DNA of 64,000 nucleotides from Atractiella rhizophila (Eukaryota): NCBI GenBank assembly GCA_021432655.1, contig MU271316.1, positions 1 to 64,000 of the forward strand, read 5' to 3'. Shown piece by piece: positions 60,963 to 64,000 of this stretch (position 1 is its first letter; each line of letters starts with the position of its first letter). The notes under the pieces were generated by a model. It saw only the letters and a program-made list of their open reading frames with translations, ran no database searches and was not told where the DNA came from. The position numbers and the translations under genes were made by a program.

Positions 60963-62644
60963 GGCCCTGACAATGCAACAAAGCCTAAAGTATTTATATA
61001 GCTACGTCTTTATGTAACCCAGTTAGCAAATCTTGGAGGCGTTGTGGTTTCTGTGACCCACACGGGTCCCAACGAGGCCCCGATGAGGGAGAGCAGAAGG
61101 ACAGTATCGTGAATAAACAAGTGACCGAAAGCAGAACGTATTAATATCTCAAGTGGGTTTCCCGTCCTTCAACAGTGTTCCGTATCCAGCTTGCTGGAGA
61201 GAAAGGCACACAACAGGTGTGGTCTCACAAGACGACTGTGTGTTCCGCCCATTCTCCGCCCCGCTGCCCTGAGAAGTCCCTCTTCCTTTTTGTTGCACCA
61301 CTCCCACACGTAGACATTGTGTTCTTTCCAGTTTCCAGGTAGGTGCCAGAATGACCTTCAAAGCTAAAAAGAAGAGCAAGGCGAAGGTACCTTTATCCTG
61401 ACAGATCTAAGTCAGGGTGAAATCTTGAACGAAGAGTGCTACCAAGCCCAATTAATCCTTACGTTGAGGTTGTTTATCGTGCGCTATCAATTTAACAACG
61501 CCACTGTTTCCAGAAACATATCGTCGATGCGGTTCGTTCAGAGAACCTCTCAGCCATAGTACCGAACTGAACAATACCTAGGTCATTCGAACATTCGAAC
61601 CCTCACGATCGTGGTTACCTGGTATGCCAGCGGTCACGCTGGTCAGGGCCTACAAGCCTGTTCTTCAGGTCCCGTCGACTGCCCCGCCCTCCGCATGTCA
61701 TGAGGGAACGTGCAAGAATCCGACACACTTGGCTCGTCAAGCAGATAGGGATCGAAGCTCGCGCGTTCGCGCTCTTCTAATTCATGAAGGAGTATCACCG
61801 CTGCCAGAGAAGCGTATGCTCCTCCACATCGGACCAAGAACCGTTGATGATTGGAGTGGGATATATTACCATCACTGATGAAGGATCCAACTGCCAGGAA
61901 CTAAGGGTATGTGGACCGTCCCTTCACCAACCCGAACGAAACCTAGGCCACTTCTATCTTATCTAGTACTGTAAGGTAAATACTAAGGATGCTGCAGCAC
62001 GTCCATCAGTGGAGGTTCGTTCAGTCCATACAACCACAATACTATTAAGTGGATCGGTTTTATGCTCAGCAAACCAACACGTGAGTACACTCTCAACAAT
62101 TACCAACCTGGAGTGCGAGACCTCTGTATGTTGATATTCAACTGATTGAGAGAAGTCGGCTGAGAAACGTGGTCCAGACGTTGCGCTCGTCTTGGTCAAC
62201 CCATGGAAGACATCTCCGACAACGGAGATGGGATCATCAAGGCTGCTACGCTGGGATGACAACTTCGCCGTCATCTTTCAGTAGGTCTTTTTTGATATTC
62301 CTACAAGATTCCTACTTATTCAGGATCAGGATGCAGTATTCCCCAACAGGGCAGCCAGCATTCTAAACCAAACCACACCATCCTCAACTCTCCTATCAAA
62401 TATTGTCTCCTACCGTCTTCCATAAAATCCTTCCAGCCACCACGCAATGTAATGAGACAAAGGCCTGGCAATGTCCCAATGCCCATATTGTCCAGAGATT
62501 GATGCTCCCTTCTCTTGGGATTGTTTGAGTTTCTCCATACTCTTGGCGCTCTTGATCAATGACGTCGCTTCCAACAGCCCACAAACAGTTGCCCCTTCAA
62601 GTTGTCGCTCCATCTCCATCTCATCTCATCATCTCAAGACAGCA

Positions 62645-63212
62645 ATGGATCTCCTCAACAAGCTGGCAGGCAACGACTCTCACTCCGAGTCCCAATCGCA
62701 CTCCCAGCCTCCAGCAGAAGGAGGAGCTGGAGCGCTCTTCAATCAGCTCCAAGACAAGTTTCTAGGGGAGGGTAACGACGAGAAAGAGGCAAAGAAGAAG
62801 GCTCAGAAAGCTGGCTTGTTCGATAAGTTGAACACAATGGCTGGCGGTGGCGCGAAGAGCGAGGCGAACGAAGGTTCGTTCATCTAAGTTCCTTTCCTTT
62901 CACTTGGACTTTGAAGGAAGATGAGTGCAATTTGTTCATTGCATTGGATTGTTGTGCGGACAGATGCGCTTGACAAGGCCATCGATTTCGTGCAGGAGAA
63001 GTTCCTAAAGGGGGGAGATCAAAGTAATGAGAGTGCGGTGGAGCAGTTGAAAGATGAAGAGATCAGCGATATGATCCGTTCTAAATACAAGGAGATGACT
63101 GGTATGTTGTCCTTTTCCAATTTAATTTCTTTTGGTGTGACGGGATGAGATGCTGATTTGGCCCATTCCGGGTGAAGGGCAAGACTTTCCCGTGAAGGAT
63201 AAGAAACACTGA
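62645..63212 (+). CDS. Small hydrophilic fungal protein (family often labelled DDR48-like), 3 exons
   Basis: GLFDKLNTMAGGGAKSEANE|DALDKAIDFVQEKFLKGGDQSNESAVEQLKDEEISDMIRSKYKEMT|GQDFPVKDKKH*. Confidence 0.8.
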
Positions 63213-64000
63213 TGTGTCCACGACGATTAAGCAGAAATGCTTCTGGATCACACCAACCGCCAAATCCTAAGAGCAACGCAACAATGCAATGTACGATAAC
63301 CACAGCTGGAGAATGCAATGCAGCAAATAAATCCAAGTGGGTAAGCTTGACACGAATAGAAGCTGCAATCGTAAGCATAAAAAGCATGTAGCGGAGTCCG
63401 AACAGTAGCATTGTTGAACATCTATTGGACTTGGAAGAACGAAGGACCGATTGGAGGAAAAGGAAGTGAAAGCCAAAAGGAAGGTGAGCCTGTCTTCATT
63501 GCTATTCGACCGGTTCTTTTGATGACTGCAGTGGATGATGGCATCAAGTTGCTTGCAGCTGCTTCAGCTTGAACGTGCCTTCGAGCTGATGCCAACTCCT
63601 GAGCGCCGCAGTTTGCAGCCTTCACTCATCCTCATCCAACCGAGGAACATTGCTTAGGAGTAGAATGCGTTGATTCAGAAGTGTTGAAACTTAACGACAA
63701 CTTGTGGTAATCTCATAAAGCTTGATGCAACGTCTTGAACGAATGTGAGAGCAGGCGGCATTGTCCAGGTGAAGTTGTGAGGAGACATGTGAGGTACGGT
63801 GAGGATCAATCATGGGCTGAGAATCACGAGGCAGGTTTTAAGGAGTCGTAGGCACAGAATCAAGAAAAGCATTGTATTCATCAGATGGCGAGAGAACGAT
63901 ATCGAAAATCGAAGTCAGCGGAACGGAAAGGAAGGAAATCGGTTGGTTGCTCTCAAAAAAAATCGAAGAAAAATTGTCCTATCCCATGACAAACCATATG

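Overview
Eukaryotic, intron-rich fungal DNA. The short ~50-nt GT-AG introns and gene content suggest a basidiomycete (inferred). There is one scaffold gap at 2692-2716. The left ~15 kb is repeat-rich: two hairpin-containing minisatellites, a Copia remnant, decayed relics, and a patatin-NB-ARC-TPR NLR-type gene with near-identical 40-aa repeats plus the 3' end of a paralog. The rest is gene-dense: a UBE2G1/Ubc15-type E2, an HNH-like gene, DUF4139/4140, F-box, BTB, DUF3431, a PD-(D/E)XK-like gene, PRELI, a GH3 beta-glucosidase and a small hydrophilic protein. The most striking observation is three paralogous, strongly diverged Cul1-like cullin genes (two apparently intact, one pseudogene). In each, the first exons encode a signal-peptide-like segment and two hydrophobic segments, joined in frame to the cullin by conserved phase-2 introns, giving candidate membrane-tethered cullins. 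Also notable are an intron-containing Copia-Gag-like protein fused to a canonical Zn(II)2Cys6 cluster, a patatin effector lacking its catalytic Asp motif, an intronic box C/D snoRNA candidate and a long structured intron in the E2 gene. All exon structures and family assignments were made by eye; no database searches were run.
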